Source: Nitrososphaeria archaeon (lineage in GTDB: Archaea; Thermoproteota; Nitrososphaeria; Geothermarchaeales; JDFR-13). Taken from it: 64,000 nt of DNA. This document shows positions 8,488 through 18,650 of this stretch, one piece after another. The position numbers and the translations under genes were made by a program. The notes under the pieces were generated by a model that saw only the letters and a program-made list of their open reading frames with translations, was not told the origin of the DNA and did not search any database. Position 1 is the first letter of the stretch; every line of letters starts with the position of its first letter. The stretch lies in the NCBI GenBank assembly GCA_027078545.1, contig JALWXN010000004.1, positions 704,001-768,000 on the forward strand. The letters are read 5' to 3'.

Positions 8488-9226
8488 GGGGCTCGTAGCT
8501 GGCGGCCTAGGCCTATGGCTCTACAGCTTTTACGAGCCAGTCCTAAGGATAGAGTTAGTGAGGCATAGGATTGACCTTGACCTGGGGCTGGAGATCCTCT
8601 TCGTGACTGACACCCATCTCCACGGTGTCCCGGGTAGGGAGGATAGCGTCATAAAGCTTGTTGAGGATCTCTCTAGGGAGGTAGACCTCACGATACTGGG
8701 GGGAGACATGTATGACGAGTTCTCGGAGAGCCTGGAGAGCTTCTCATCCCTCCTAGATGCGATAAGTGGCGAGGCTATCATGGTTCTCGGTAACCATGAA
8801 CACTGGGCTGCCGATAGGTATCCCCTCGAAGAGACTATAGAGATGGCTGAGTCGAGAGGCGTGACTGTGCTTAGGAACGGGGTGGTGGAGTATAAAGGTC
8901 TCCATATCGGAGGGGTAGACTGGTATGGTGATAACCCGCAGCTGGCGAGGAGGTACTACAGGGACGTTGGGAGTGTAGATATCCTGGTATCCCACACACC
9001 CGACATACTTGGTGATGCGGAGGTCGATGCACGCCTCGTATTGGCTGGCCATACGCATGGTGGCCAGATACTGGGTCCACTTGGGCTGATAACGAATAGT
9101 AGGCATGGCTATGTAAGCGGCTTCTATAGGAGGGGTGAGGCCCTGATGTATGTCTCTAGGGGGGCTGGGGAGATTATTCCCTTCCGCCTATTGACGCCCC
9201 GGGAGGTCACATTACTAAGCGTCTAG
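8447..9226 (+). CDS. Metallophosphoesterase (YkuE-like)
   Basis: DTH, GGD..D, GNHE, SHTPD, GHTHGGQ and VSRG motifs. Confidence 0.9.
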   Translation: MHIYMRRGRRGAIKGLVAGGLGLWLYSFYEPVLRIELVRHRIDLDLGLEILFVTDTHLHGVPGREDSVIKLVEDLSREVDLTILGGDMYDEFSESLESFSSLLDAISGEAIMVLGNHEHWAADRYPLEETIEMAESRGVTVLRNGVVEYKGLHIGGVDWYGDNPQLARRYYRDVGSVDILVSHTPDILGDAEVDARLVLAGHTHGGQILGPLGLITNSRHGYVSGFYRRGEALMYVSRGAGEIIPFRLLTPREVTLLSV

Positions 9227-10218
9227 CCAGACATCCTTATCAATATCTTCCCGTCACGCTCCCTGCTGAATAGGCTGTTTAGCGCCTCACCAGCCTGGTC
9301 TAGGCTATATATCCTCCATATCCTAGGCTTTACCACACCCCTCTCTAAATCCCTAAGCACATCCTTGAACTCTTGGATGGTTCCCCCGGTCACCCCTATT
9401 AGGCTGGTCTCTCTACGGTAGATCGGGGCTACCCCGCCTGGAATGTCCATCGAGGTTAGGCCGCCGAATGTCATTACATATCCATGTCTCTTGACGATGA
9501 TTAGCGACTCTGCCAATAATTTTCCGCCCAATGGGTTGATGATGAGGTCTGGCTCTCCCCACTCATCTATAAGCTGCTTAACATCCCCGGGAGGGACTAC
9601 CCTGGAGGCCCCGAGCCCTGAGACCCAGTCCTTCCTCGTTACGGCTGCGACGTCTATCCCTGCTTTTGCTAGGTACTGGACTATATACATCCCGACGTTG
9701 CCCGATGCCCCATATACCAGGGCCTTCTCAATACATAGCTCCAAAGCCCTATTCACCGCATGCTTGGCCGTTAGGGCTGATACACCGGCCGTGGCCTGTA
9801 TCTCAGGCTCTCCACCAGCCTCATAAACGTTCTTCTCCGGTAGCTTGACATACTCCGCGTATGTCCCATCCACTACACCACCTACGATACCGCCCCGTAG
9901 GCAGAGGTTCTCATGCCCCTCCCTACACTCCTCACACTCTCCACAGTGTATCCAGGGATAGATACTGACCTGCATCCCCTTCTTGAGGCGGTTTACACCA
10001 TCGCCCACATCGACGACTATCCCTGAGGCCTCGCTCCCCACGATCCTTTTAGGCGGGTCCAATGGGTATCTACCACTGGCTATCCAGTAGTCTATAGGAT
10101 TCACACCTGTATAGAGAATCTTCACCAGGACCTCTCCCGGGCCAGGCTCCGGCGTCCCTACCTCCCCAACCACTAGTCTGGGCGGGTCAACCTTCCCACT
10201 ATATGTTGCTGCCCTCAT
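9223..10218 (-). CDS. Zinc-containing medium-chain dehydrogenase/reductase
   Basis: GVNPID, GSEASG, structural Zn CGECEEC...C, GASGNVG Rossmann motif. Confidence 0.9.
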   Translation of the reverse strand: MRAATYSGKVDPPRLVVGEVGTPEPGPGEVLVKILYTGVNPIDYWIASGRYPLDPPKRIVGSEASGIVVDVGDGVNRLKKGMQVSIYPWIHCGECEECREGHENLCLRGGIVGGVVDGTYAEYVKLPEKNVYEAGGEPEIQATAGVSALTAKHAVNRALELCIEKALVYGASGNVGMYIVQYLAKAGIDVAAVTRKDWVSGLGASRVVPPGDVKQLIDEWGEPDLIINPLGGKLLAESLIIVKRHGYVMTFGGLTSMDIPGGVAPIYRRETSLIGVTGGTIQEFKDVLRDLERGVVKPRIWRIYSLDQAGEALNSLFSRERDGKILIRMSG

Positions 10219-10287
10219 CCCATATCCACATCATTATCTATAGCCTCCGACCGATTATGTATCATCTACATTGCCTGGTGGTGGGGC

Positions 10288-11028
10288 TTGAGGATACGCG
10301 GCGTATCTATAGACCTATGGTTCACACTCGTGTATGACGATGCTGAGAGGTATAGGCTGTTCCAGAGGTCTAGGATAGACTATATCTATGGAGTCCTGAA
10401 GATGTATCGTGACGATGTGGCGAGGGAGGACTTAGAAGGCCTATTCGAGGAGTTCAAGACCTTCATGATGGAGGTTCATCCCTATAGGCTGATGCAGATG
10501 GTCGCCGCGGCTCTTGGAGTCGACTCCGAGGCTGTGGACGAGATGTATAGCAGGTATATAGACGCCGCCTGGAATGCGAGGCCCTATGTAAACAGAGACG
10601 CCCTCAAATTCCTCGAGTGGTGTGAGGAGCGTGGCCTACCAGTAGTTATAACAACGAACACGACCTACTCTAGGGAGATGATAGAGCGGATGTTCAGCAA
10701 CATCGGGCTGGAGAAGTATTCCGAGAACGTGGTCTCGTCGGCGGAGGTGGGTGCTGCCAAGCCTAAGCCCGAGATCTTCAGGGCAGCGGTCGATAAGCTT
10801 GGACTTAATCCCAAGGAGGTTCTACACGTGGGGGACAAGTATGTCCATGACGCGTTAGGGGCGTATCTAGCAGGGCTTAGGCCTGCCCTCTACAGGGGGC
10901 TCTGGGACAGGTATGGACGGTTCATGGGCTTTGGTGAGGAGTTCGAGGTCAGGAGTTATCCACCGTATATCTGGGTCGTGGATAGCTTCGAGGAGCTTAT
11001 CGAGAGGCTGGAGAGGATAACAGGCTAG
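10288..11028 (+). CDS. HAD-superfamily hydrolase
   Basis: DLWFTL, TTN, KPKPEIF, HVGD...D. Confidence 0.88.
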   Translation: MRIRGVSIDLWFTLVYDDAERYRLFQRSRIDYIYGVLKMYRDDVAREDLEGLFEEFKTFMMEVHPYRLMQMVAAALGVDSEAVDEMYSRYIDAAWNARPYVNRDALKFLEWCEERGLPVVITTNTTYSREMIERMFSNIGLEKYSENVVSSAEVGAAKPKPEIFRAAVDKLGLNPKEVLHVGDKYVHDALGAYLAGLRPALYRGLWDRYGRFMGFGEEFEVRSYPPYIWVVDSFEELIERLERITG

Positions 11029-11111
11029 CCTAATACCCCTATTTAAATCGGCGTGGGGGCAATACAATACTTGACACTTATTTGAACACCCCATTGGATG
11101 AGGTGTCGCCG

Positions 11112-12254
11112 GTGGCCGATGTCGGTATAATAGGGGTTGGGACGACCCAGTTCCGTCCCGAGACCCGTGAGAAGCTGTTCAAGGAGCTTATGTACGAGGC
11201 TGCCTACCGAGCCTATCTCGAGGCGGGTGTCGATCCTAGGCGTGACATAGATGCCTTCATAACGGCCTCTGAAGACCTCTGGGAGGGCCTGGCAATATTC
11301 GATGAGTATGTCCCAGACCAGCTGGGCGGAGTATTGAAACCGGTCTTCACTGTGGGTGGGGACGGTATACATGGGCTTATCCATGGATACATGCTCATAA
11401 AGACAGGTAGGTTCGACGTCGTGGCCGTGGAGGCGCATAGTAAGGCCAGCGAGATAGAGAATATCAAGAAGGTGGTTAGGTTCGCCCTCGACCCGATATA
11501 TCTACGCCCAGTCATCGAGGATGTCGACGTCCTAGCGGGGCTGGAGATGGCTGCCTCCCTAGGCTGCTACGGCATAGACATGGATACTGTGAACGAGGTG
11601 ATACTGAAGAACCACTTCAACGGATCCTTCAACTCGGCTCCCTATGCCCAGAACCTCGACGAGAACAGCTTCGAGACCCCTGAATACCTTGCCGAGCCGC
11701 TGAGGGCACTGGACGTGGCTCAATACGTCGATGGAGGAGTGGTCATCGTCCTAGCCTCCAAGGAGTACATCTCGAGGGAGGGATTGGAGCCCGTATGGAT
11801 AGAGGGTGTAGGCTGGGCTACACAGGGTGGACGCTTCGAACGCTTCCTAGACATGCCCGGCGAGGGCTTGGCTGCAGCTGCTAGGATGGCCTACGACATG
11901 GCTGGCGTCTCGAGGCCTAGGAGGTATTTCGACCTGGCAGAGGTGGACGACAGGTTCAGCTTTAGGGAGCCTGTATCACTGATAGCCCTCGGCCTAGCCA
12001 GTGGAGACGTCAACCTGGACTATGCGGACAGGATTTTCGATATGGATGGGGAGCTCCCAGTGAACGTCTCCGGCGGGTTCCTCGCAAATGGGTATCCACT
12101 AGAGGCGGGAGGCCTTATGAAGCTTGTCTACGCAGCTAGGCAGATATGGGGCGAGGCCGGGCCCAACCAGCTCGACGATGTGGAGAAGGCGTTGGTGGCG
12201 ACTAGGAGGGAGATACCCTCAACCACATATGGGGTAGTAGTCCTATCGGGGTGA
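11112..12254 (+). CDS. Thiolase-fold protein (SCP2/Ltp2-like, lacks catalytic Cys), subunit 1
   Basis: IIGVGTT, DGGVVIVL, AEVDDRF, VNVSGGFLANGYP; GTG start at 11112 after GAGGTG. Confidence 0.85.
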   Translation: MADVGIIGVGTTQFRPETREKLFKELMYEAAYRAYLEAGVDPRRDIDAFITASEDLWEGLAIFDEYVPDQLGGVLKPVFTVGGDGIHGLIHGYMLIKTGRFDVVAVEAHSKASEIENIKKVVRFALDPIYLRPVIEDVDVLAGLEMAASLGCYGIDMDTVNEVILKNHFNGSFNSAPYAQNLDENSFETPEYLAEPLRALDVAQYVDGGVVIVLASKEYISREGLEPVWIEGVGWATQGGRFERFLDMPGEGLAAAARMAYDMAGVSRPRRYFDLAEVDDRFSFREPVSLIALGLASGDVNLDYADRIFDMDGELPVNVSGGFLANGYPLEAGGLMKLVYAARQIWGEAGPNQLDDVEKALVATRREIPSTTYGVVVLSG

Positions 12255-13438
12255 TCAATATGAAGATGAATATCTATAGGAAGAACCGTGTCGCGTGTGT
12301 TGGGGCCGGGCTAACCCTCTTCAGGCGTAGGCTGATGGAGACGAGCGACGAGCTCATGTGGCTAGCCGCTAGACAGGCGCTCGACGAGGCAGGCCTAACC
12401 ATAGAGGATATAGACTGCATAATATTCGGGACAGCCCCGGACAACTTCGACGGCATCCATATGCAGAGCGAGGCCCTTGCTGATGGGGCAGGAGCCGTGA
12501 ATAAGCCCTATACAAGGGTCTATGTAGGTGGTGGTACAGGGGTCTTCAGCGTTATAGCCGGGTGGTGGCACGTGGCCTCTGGACTGTGTGACAGGGTGCT
12601 CGTCATAGCGGAGGAGAAGATGAGCCATGTACAGCCCCATCCCCAGTACCTCTTCCACCACATCTTCGACCCCGTGACTGAGAAGCCCCTGGGCGTCAAC
12701 CTGATATGGATCTTCGCCCTGGAGATGCATCGATACATGTATAAATACGGCATCAAGAAGGAGGACATCGCCCTCGTCTCGGTGAAGAATAAGAGGAACG
12801 CGTTGGACCATCCATCCGCCCAGGTGGCTGCGAAGATAACTGTGGAGGACGTCCTCAACAGCGAGGTACTGGTATGGCCCGTCCAGAGGCTCGACATCTC
12901 ACCCGTCTCAGACGGTGCTGGGGCCCTCGTGCTTGTCAGTGAGTCGGAGGCTAAGAAGCTTACCGACGAGCCTATATGGATCGACGGCGTAGGGTGGAGC
13001 CTCGACACGATGTACTGGACAAATAGGGACCTGGCATTCCCCGTCTACCTATACTACGCAGGTAAGATGGCCTATGAGATGGCGGGGATCGAGAACCCGA
13101 GGAAGGAGATAGACTTCGCAGAGGTCTACGACCCCTTCGACTATAAGGAGCTCCACCACATGGAGGGTCTACAGCTTGCTAGGAAGGGTGAGGCGCCTAT
13201 ACTAACTAGGGAGGGAGTCACCGAGCGGGATGGAGACCTCCCGATAAACCCGAGCGGAGGCCTACTAGGCGTGGGGAACCCGATCGCTGCAGCCGGGATA
13301 ATGAAGGTGGCCGAGGTCTACTGGCAGCTGAGAGGAATGGCGGGTAAGAGGCAGGTCAAGAAGGATGTGGTCACCGGCCTGGCCCAGGCCTGGGGAGACC
13401 TTATGCAGGTGGGCACAGTCGTGGTTATGAGGAGGTGA
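12251..13438 (+). CDS. Thiolase-fold protein (SCP2/Ltp2-like, lacks catalytic Cys), subunit 2
   Basis: SPVSDGAGA, AEVYDPF, INPSGGLLGVGNP. Confidence 0.88.
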   Translation: MINMKMNIYRKNRVACVGAGLTLFRRRLMETSDELMWLAARQALDEAGLTIEDIDCIIFGTAPDNFDGIHMQSEALADGAGAVNKPYTRVYVGGGTGVFSVIAGWWHVASGLCDRVLVIAEEKMSHVQPHPQYLFHHIFDPVTEKPLGVNLIWIFALEMHRYMYKYGIKKEDIALVSVKNKRNALDHPSAQVAAKITVEDVLNSEVLVWPVQRLDISPVSDGAGALVLVSESEAKKLTDEPIWIDGVGWSLDTMYWTNRDLAFPVYLYYAGKMAYEMAGIENPRKEIDFAEVYDPFDYKELHHMEGLQLARKGEAPILTREGVTERDGDLPINPSGGLLGVGNPIAAAGIMKVAEVYWQLRGMAGKRQVKKDVVTGLAQAWGDLMQVGTVVVMRR

Positions 13439-13971
13439 GCCGGATGGATACTAGGCCTAAGAACCCGGAGGGAACCCCATATAGGATGGAGGATCTGAGG
13501 AGTGGGGCCATACCATATACCGAGGATAGTCTAGAGGCATGGTACCGCTGGAGCCTGGGGAAATATCTAGGCAAGTATCTAGAGGGGCTTAGGGAGGGTA
13601 AGATCTATGGTAGGAGGTGTAACAACTGTGAGAGGATCTATGTCCCGCCTAGAGAGGTGTGCCACCACTGCTTCCGCACCACCGATGAGTGGGTGGAGGT
13701 CGGTGATACTGGGAGGGTTAACACAGCCGTGGTTAGCTATATATCCGCTGATAGGGGTAGGGTGGAGGAGCCCATAATAATTGCGGTTATAGAGCTGGAG
13801 GGAGCCTCGCCAGGGATCGGCATCCTACATAGGCTTGGAAACGTGTCCCCCGAGGACGTGAAGAGTATGAAGATATTCGGTAAGAGGGTAAGAGCAGTTT
13901 GGAAGCCTCCTGAGGAGAGGACTGGCTCGGTAAACGATATCCTATACTTCGAGCCTATCGAGGAGGTGTAG
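13435..13971 (+). CDS. DUF35 Zn-ribbon/OB-fold protein
   Basis: CNNC..YVPPREVCHHC followed by an OB fold; adjacent to thiolases. Confidence 0.9.
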   Translation: MSRMDTRPKNPEGTPYRMEDLRSGAIPYTEDSLEAWYRWSLGKYLGKYLEGLREGKIYGRRCNNCERIYVPPREVCHHCFRTTDEWVEVGDTGRVNTAVVSYISADRGRVEEPIIIAVIELEGASPGIGILHRLGNVSPEDVKSMKIFGKRVRAVWKPPEERTGSVNDILYFEPIEEV

Positions 13972-13975
13972 GGGT

Positions 13976-14392
13976 ATGGAGTATAGGTTTAAGGTGGATG
14001 TCCCCGGCTATATCTACCCCACGGGGAGGGCTGGAAAGATATTCGCCGAGAACATTAAGAAGGGCGTAGTAGTAGCGTCTCGCTGTGACGAGTGTAGGGT
14101 GTACTTCCTACCCCCAACAGCCTACTGCCCACACTGCTTCAACGAGCTCAGGAACTATACCCCGGTGGAGACATTCATACTGGTCGCCAAGACGGTCCTG
14201 GAAAAGGGTGTTGAGAAGGTCGCCTATGGATATGTCAAGGGGATTATAGGTGGTGAGGAGACCCAGGGAGGCTTCATACACAGGGTCGACCCCGACGCCG
14301 AGCCGGGAGAGGTTTTGAAACCCGTTCTGAAGCCCGAGGAGGAGCGCCGGGGGATCATTACAGATATAGAGTTCTTCGCCAAGGCGGACTAG
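13976..14392 (+). CDS. DUF35 Zn-ribbon/OB-fold protein
   Basis: CDEC..FLPPTAYCPHC; C-terminus similar to the preceding gene. Confidence 0.85.
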   Translation: MEYRFKVDVPGYIYPTGRAGKIFAENIKKGVVVASRCDECRVYFLPPTAYCPHCFNELRNYTPVETFILVAKTVLEKGVEKVAYGYVKGIIGGEETQGGFIHRVDPDAEPGEVLKPVLKPEEERRGIITDIEFFAKAD

Positions 14393-14411
14393 CCCCCCTC
14401 CCCCAATTTTT
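14393..14411 (+). terminator. C-rich plus oligo-T terminator
   Basis: C-rich run then AATTTTT directly after the last gene of the operon. Confidence 0.5.
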
Positions 14412-14514
14412 ACACCAGTCGTAAATACTCTTATCCTAAGTAATTAGGGGGATTGATTAAATCTGCCCTGATTGATATGAGATTGTGGATAACTAAGACC
14501 GGAGGTGAAGCGAT

Positions 14515-15111
14515 ATGGATCAGAAGGTTATTGCCGGTGTAGCGATCGTCATACTCATAGCTGCCATCGCGGGATACTTCATGATGAGTAGCCCCGCCGG
14601 TGAAACAGGCGGGGGTGAGGCTGGTGAGGAGACATACATAGTTATCGGCTACTACTGGGGCTTCAAGATATACGACTCCAACTACAACCCTGTGGACAAG
14701 ATCATGGTTAAGAAGGGAACGACCCTAAAGATAATATTCCTCAACGCCAGATCCTTCGCCGAGGACTTCTATGGCCCACTGGAGGAGGAGAGTAAGCAGA
14801 AAGGCGTAGGTGGCCTCGACAACGGGCCATTGGAGCAGAAGATCATGGAGGCTTTGGAGACTAACTTGGTTGACCATGGCCTACAGATAATTGGATATGG
14901 CGTGAGTGTAGCTACGAACTATAAGGCTTTCAGCGGAACTGCCAAGACACTCCAGGAGTTCTTCCAGAACGAGCCTCAGGACGCTATTAACCAGCACACA
15001 GTAGTCTTCAAGGCCGATAAGACGGGTGTATTCGACTTCGTCTGCTACGTCGTCTGTGGCTATGGCCACTCCTTCATGAGCCTAAAGGGCGCTCTCCAGG
15101 TGTACGAGTAG
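14515..15111 (+). CDS. Membrane-anchored cupredoxin with a complete CuA motif (COX2-like, stand-alone)
   Basis: N-terminal TM, DHGL, and CYVVCGYGHSFM (C-x3-C-x3-H-x2-M). Confidence 0.8.
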   Translation: MDQKVIAGVAIVILIAAIAGYFMMSSPAGETGGGEAGEETYIVIGYYWGFKIYDSNYNPVDKIMVKKGTTLKIIFLNARSFAEDFYGPLEEESKQKGVGGLDNGPLEQKIMEALETNLVDHGLQIIGYGVSVATNYKAFSGTAKTLQEFFQNEPQDAINQHTVVFKADKTGVFDFVCYVVCGYGHSFMSLKGALQVYE

Positions 15112-15122
15112 GCGCCCAACAC

Positions 15123-15707
15123 CTAATCCTTTTTACCCAGCTTGTCAAACTCTCCTCTGAGGGCTAGCTCCAGGTTCCTGAGGTACCATCTAGTATCCTC
15201 GTCCACCCACTTCTCAACTTCATAGTATCTAATCTTCCCGTCACTACCCATCGTGACGACGAGGGAGATCCCGCTGTTTATTATGGCCCTCCTACATCTC
15301 TCACAGGGCTTTGCGTCTAGGACCTTGCCTGTCTTCGGGTCTATGCCGTAGAGGTATAGTGTCCCTCCATACACCGAGGCGCCGTTCCTGGCGGCGTTGA
15401 TTATACAGTTCTCCTCGGCATGTACCGCTGGGCATAGGTCGTAGGCCGTGCCATGTGGAAGGTTGAGTATATCCTTTATACACCCACCGACCTCGTAGCA
15501 GTTTACACCTCCCCTTACAGGGCCGTTGTAGCCGGTAGATACGATTGCGTCCTTAACCACGACTATGGCTCCGTAGTGTGCCCTTGTACATGGGCTCCTC
15601 ATCGAGACTGCCTTGGCTATCTCGAGGTAGTATAGGTCCTTCTCTATCCGCCCACCGCTCTGGCCAGACATAATATCAATAACTCTCCCTGGGCGGGGAT
15701 AAACCAT
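15123..15707 (-). CDS. dCMP deaminase-family protein
   Basis: TGYNG, HAEENC and PCERC zinc motifs. Confidence 0.9.
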   Translation of the reverse strand: MVYPRPGRVIDIMSGQSGGRIEKDLYYLEIAKAVSMRSPCTRAHYGAIVVVKDAIVSTGYNGPVRGGVNCYEVGGCIKDILNLPHGTAYDLCPAVHAEENCIINAARNGASVYGGTLYLYGIDPKTGKVLDAKPCERCRRAIINSGISLVVTMGSDGKIRYYEVEKWVDEDTRWYLRNLELALRGEFDKLGKKD

Positions 15708-15719
15708 TCCAACCTATTA

Positions 15720-17099
15720 ATGGGAAGCCTGATTGAAATATCTCCTAGCCAGAACACCACCTACATGGATAGCCTCAAGAGGGGGATAGAGTCCTTCCTC
15801 CTCGAGAAGCTGGGTGGTAGGCCTCCAAGCGCCAGCTACACAGTCGTATGGAGGGATGGAGAGACTCTACGAGGGGCTGTTGGCTATAGGGATGTGGAGG
15901 AGGGGCTCCCGGCGACGCCTGAGACGCTATACGGGGTGGGTAGTATAACGAAGACCTTCACCGCCTTAACAGTACTCATGCTCCAGAGGGAGGGCCTACT
16001 ATCGCTCGACGACCCCATATCACGATACGTACCCATCGATATGGAGATCGGGGGTGAGGAGGTTAGGATATGGCACCTCCTAAGCCACACCTCTGGGGTA
16101 GCCGCACTGGCCTATGCGGAGAGCCTGCTGAGGGGCTATGTAGGTGAGTCGCCCAGCTACCTACCCATCTCGGGGCCGGAGGACATACTCTCCTTTATGG
16201 AGGGGTGGAGGGACTGGGCCATCGCATGGCCTGGTGAGAAGTACTTCTACCTTAACGAGGGGTTCGTCCTCGTGGGTATGGCCATCGAGAAGGCGACTGG
16301 GATGAAGTATGAGGATGCCCTCAGGAAGTATGTCCTGGAAAGGCTGGGCATGAGTAGCACAACTGTTGGTAGGCCTATAGACATGGGTATGATGGCGACG
16401 CCCTACGTGGTCGGTAAAGAGGGTTTGAGGAGGGCTAGGGTCCCACCCCTAGGGGCAGATGGAGGGATGATAACAAATGCAGTTGACATGTCACGCTTCC
16501 TAATGGCTATGCTCAACAGGGGTGGCGACGCCCTTCCCAGAGAGGTTGTCGATGAGCTTGAGAAGCCAAGGATAAGGACCTCCCTACTCAATAGGGAGGA
16601 GTATTACTGCCTAGGCCTATCAAAGACCGTCGTGGGTGGGCTGGAGCTGTATGGGCATAGCGGCTCAGTCCTGGTCTACACGGCCTACATGGCCTACAAC
16701 AGGGAGGAGGGCGTCGGCGTCGCCGTCATGTCGAACGGGACTGGCTACCCAATGTCTAGCGCCGGGCTATACATACTGGCCAGGGCCCTAGGCAGGAACC
16801 CGCTAGAGTTCGAGCCACTCCTCATCGACGAGGCTCTGAACAGCCTGGTAGGCACCTATGAGAGCTTCAAGGGCGGCTTCAGAGCCAGGGTTGAGAGGAT
16901 GGGTGGTATACTCATAATCAAGTATAGTGGGAGGAGCTACGAGGTCTCAATACCCCTGATTCCAAGGGATCTCTCAGGGGACGAGAAGATCTTCGAGGCT
17001 ATAAATGGTGACCGGCGCTACGAGGCGGTCTTCTACAAGCGGGACGGTGAGCTGTATCTACAGGTTGAGAGGTATCTATTCCGGAGAGTCCCTGCTTGA
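15720..17099 (+). CDS. Beta-lactamase-fold serine hydrolase (S12, Pab87/CubicO-like peptidase)
   Basis: SITK, LLSHTSG, YLN, HSG; C-terminal beta domain. Confidence 0.88.
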   Translation: MGSLIEISPSQNTTYMDSLKRGIESFLLEKLGGRPPSASYTVVWRDGETLRGAVGYRDVEEGLPATPETLYGVGSITKTFTALTVLMLQREGLLSLDDPISRYVPIDMEIGGEEVRIWHLLSHTSGVAALAYAESLLRGYVGESPSYLPISGPEDILSFMEGWRDWAIAWPGEKYFYLNEGFVLVGMAIEKATGMKYEDALRKYVLERLGMSSTTVGRPIDMGMMATPYVVGKEGLRRARVPPLGADGGMITNAVDMSRFLMAMLNRGGDALPREVVDELEKPRIRTSLLNREEYYCLGLSKTVVGGLELYGHSGSVLVYTAYMAYNREEGVGVAVMSNGTGYPMSSAGLYILARALGRNPLEFEPLLIDEALNSLVGTYESFKGGFRARVERMGGILIIKYSGRSYEVSIPLIPRDLSGDEKIFEAINGDRRYEAVFYKRDGELYLQVERYLFRRVPA

Positions 17100-17167
17100 T
17101 ACCCATAGACGGGTCGCCCGGCATATATAGTATATCGCCCCATTAGGGCGGGAGAGGTGTTCAGACA

Positions 17168-18025
17168 CTGAGTAATAGGAGGCTACTAGTCCTACTCCTA
17201 ATCCCCATCCTAATCATGCCTGGGGTCTCGGCCGAGACCTACAGCTTCATGGATGGCTCGGGAGTAGACTACTTGGCGGATAACCTGGGAGAGTTTAGCG
17301 ACTTGATGGATAAGGTTGATGTTATACGTGGCTCATTCACACTGGAGGGTAACAGCTTCAGCATAGAGGTAGAGATGGCTGATAAGCCCCTAGTGGGGGC
17401 CGAGGCGAGCAGCTATGCAAGCAACGCCTCAGGCCTACTGATGCGCATACTGATGATGTTCAGGATGGATGGACCCGGCGGCGAGGCTGTTGACCTAAGC
17501 GTCAGAACCCTATATACCTATAGCGAGGCACCCAGTGGGGATGGCTACGTGTTCACAACCTTCTACTGGGAGCTGCTGGTTGACTACTATAGGGTCGACG
17601 AGGGTTATGGCAACTACAGCGTCATGGGCAATACGATGATCTTCGCTGGCGAGGCTACAAACACATCTATACTAGACGGCTCGACACCGAACCTGCTGAA
17701 CGTCACAGCCCTATTCAACTGGCAGGGTATCTACCTAGCTGTGGACTATGCAGGGGAGGGATGGGAAGCTCCCGACACCGCGCCTGTAGACACACCCGTC
17801 GTGGATCCCGACACGACGCCGGGAGTAGTCGATGATACAGACCAGGGAGTACCTAGTGATACTGATGATGCTGTGGAAGATAGTCAGGAGAAAGGTGGAG
17901 AGGAGAAAACTGGTGTGGAGACGGGTGATACGGGTATGTGGATACTCATCGGACTAGTGGCGGTTGGAATTGTAGGTGCCGGTGTAGCGCTTTACATCCT
18001 GAGGAGTGGTGGGCTATCCAAGTAG
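17168..18025 (+). CDS. Hypothetical surface protein with signal peptide, P/T/D linker and C-terminal TM
   Basis: Frame open from CTG 17168 (LSNRRLLVLLLIPILIMPGVSA signal peptide); the ORF track starts at ATG 17216. Confidence 0.65.
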   Translation: MSNRRLLVLLLIPILIMPGVSAETYSFMDGSGVDYLADNLGEFSDLMDKVDVIRGSFTLEGNSFSIEVEMADKPLVGAEASSYASNASGLLMRILMMFRMDGPGGEAVDLSVRTLYTYSEAPSGDGYVFTTFYWELLVDYYRVDEGYGNYSVMGNTMIFAGEATNTSILDGSTPNLLNVTALFNWQGIYLAVDYAGEGWEAPDTAPVDTPVVDPDTTPGVVDDTDQGVPSDTDDAVEDSQEKGGEEKTGVETGDTGMWILIGLVAVGIVGAGVALYILRSGGLSK

Positions 18026-18616
18026 CCTAGCCATATACTCCTCAAGCCCCTTGAAGATCATCTCAGCAGCTATCGAGGCAACTATTATCGACATTAGGCG
18101 GCCGAACGTCTTTATAACTCCTGGCCCCAGTATGCTGTAAAGCTTATCAACATACCTAAGCATCAGGTAGGTAGCCCCCACGACTAAGTAGCCAGCAAGG
18201 AGGACTAGATATACGGGGTAGACCGTTGTTAGGAGGATCAGGGTCGTTATCGTGCCCGGCCCGACTAGCAGGGGTGTGGATATAGGCACCACCGCCATCT
18301 CCTCTGGCGAGATCTTCTTAGCCTTTGGCAGGCCGCCGAGCATATCTATGGCTATCGCCATGAGCAGGACTCCACCGCCTATACGTGTAGCCGCTACACT
18401 CACGCCGAAGAACATCAGGATGTAGGCCCCTCCAATGGTGAATACGGTTATCAATACTGCGCATACAAGGGCTATGCTCCTCACGATCCTCAGGTGCCTA
18501 TCACGGTCGAGGCCGGACATGAAGCTGAGGTATAGGGGTAGGATCCCAGGTGGATCCATGATGGCGAAGATCTGTATGAAGGCCGTGGCCAGCGCTATAA
18601 AAGTCACCGGGTCCAT
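18014..18616 (-). CDS. marC: MarC family integral membrane protein
   Basis: FAIMDPPG, RIGGGVLL, VPISTPLLVGPGTIT; likely start MDPVTF at 18616. Confidence 0.88.
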   Translation of the reverse strand: MDPVTFIALATAFIQIFAIMDPPGILPLYLSFMSGLDRDRHLRIVRSIALVCAVLITVFTIGGAYILMFFGVSVAATRIGGGVLLMAIAIDMLGGLPKAKKISPEEMAVVPISTPLLVGPGTITTLILLTTVYPVYLVLLAGYLVVGATYLMLRYVDKLYSILGPGVIKTFGRLMSIIVASIAAEMIFKGLEEYMARLLG

Positions 18617-18650
18617 GATACACCACTCCCTGGGCCCATGGCGTTGATAC

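Noticed and set aside
11025-11062. tRNA 3'-half-like text (ATTTAAATCGGCGTGGGGGCA)
   Set aside because: No T-stem pairing, no GTTC and no cloverleaf; better explained as the TATA box of the thiolase operon
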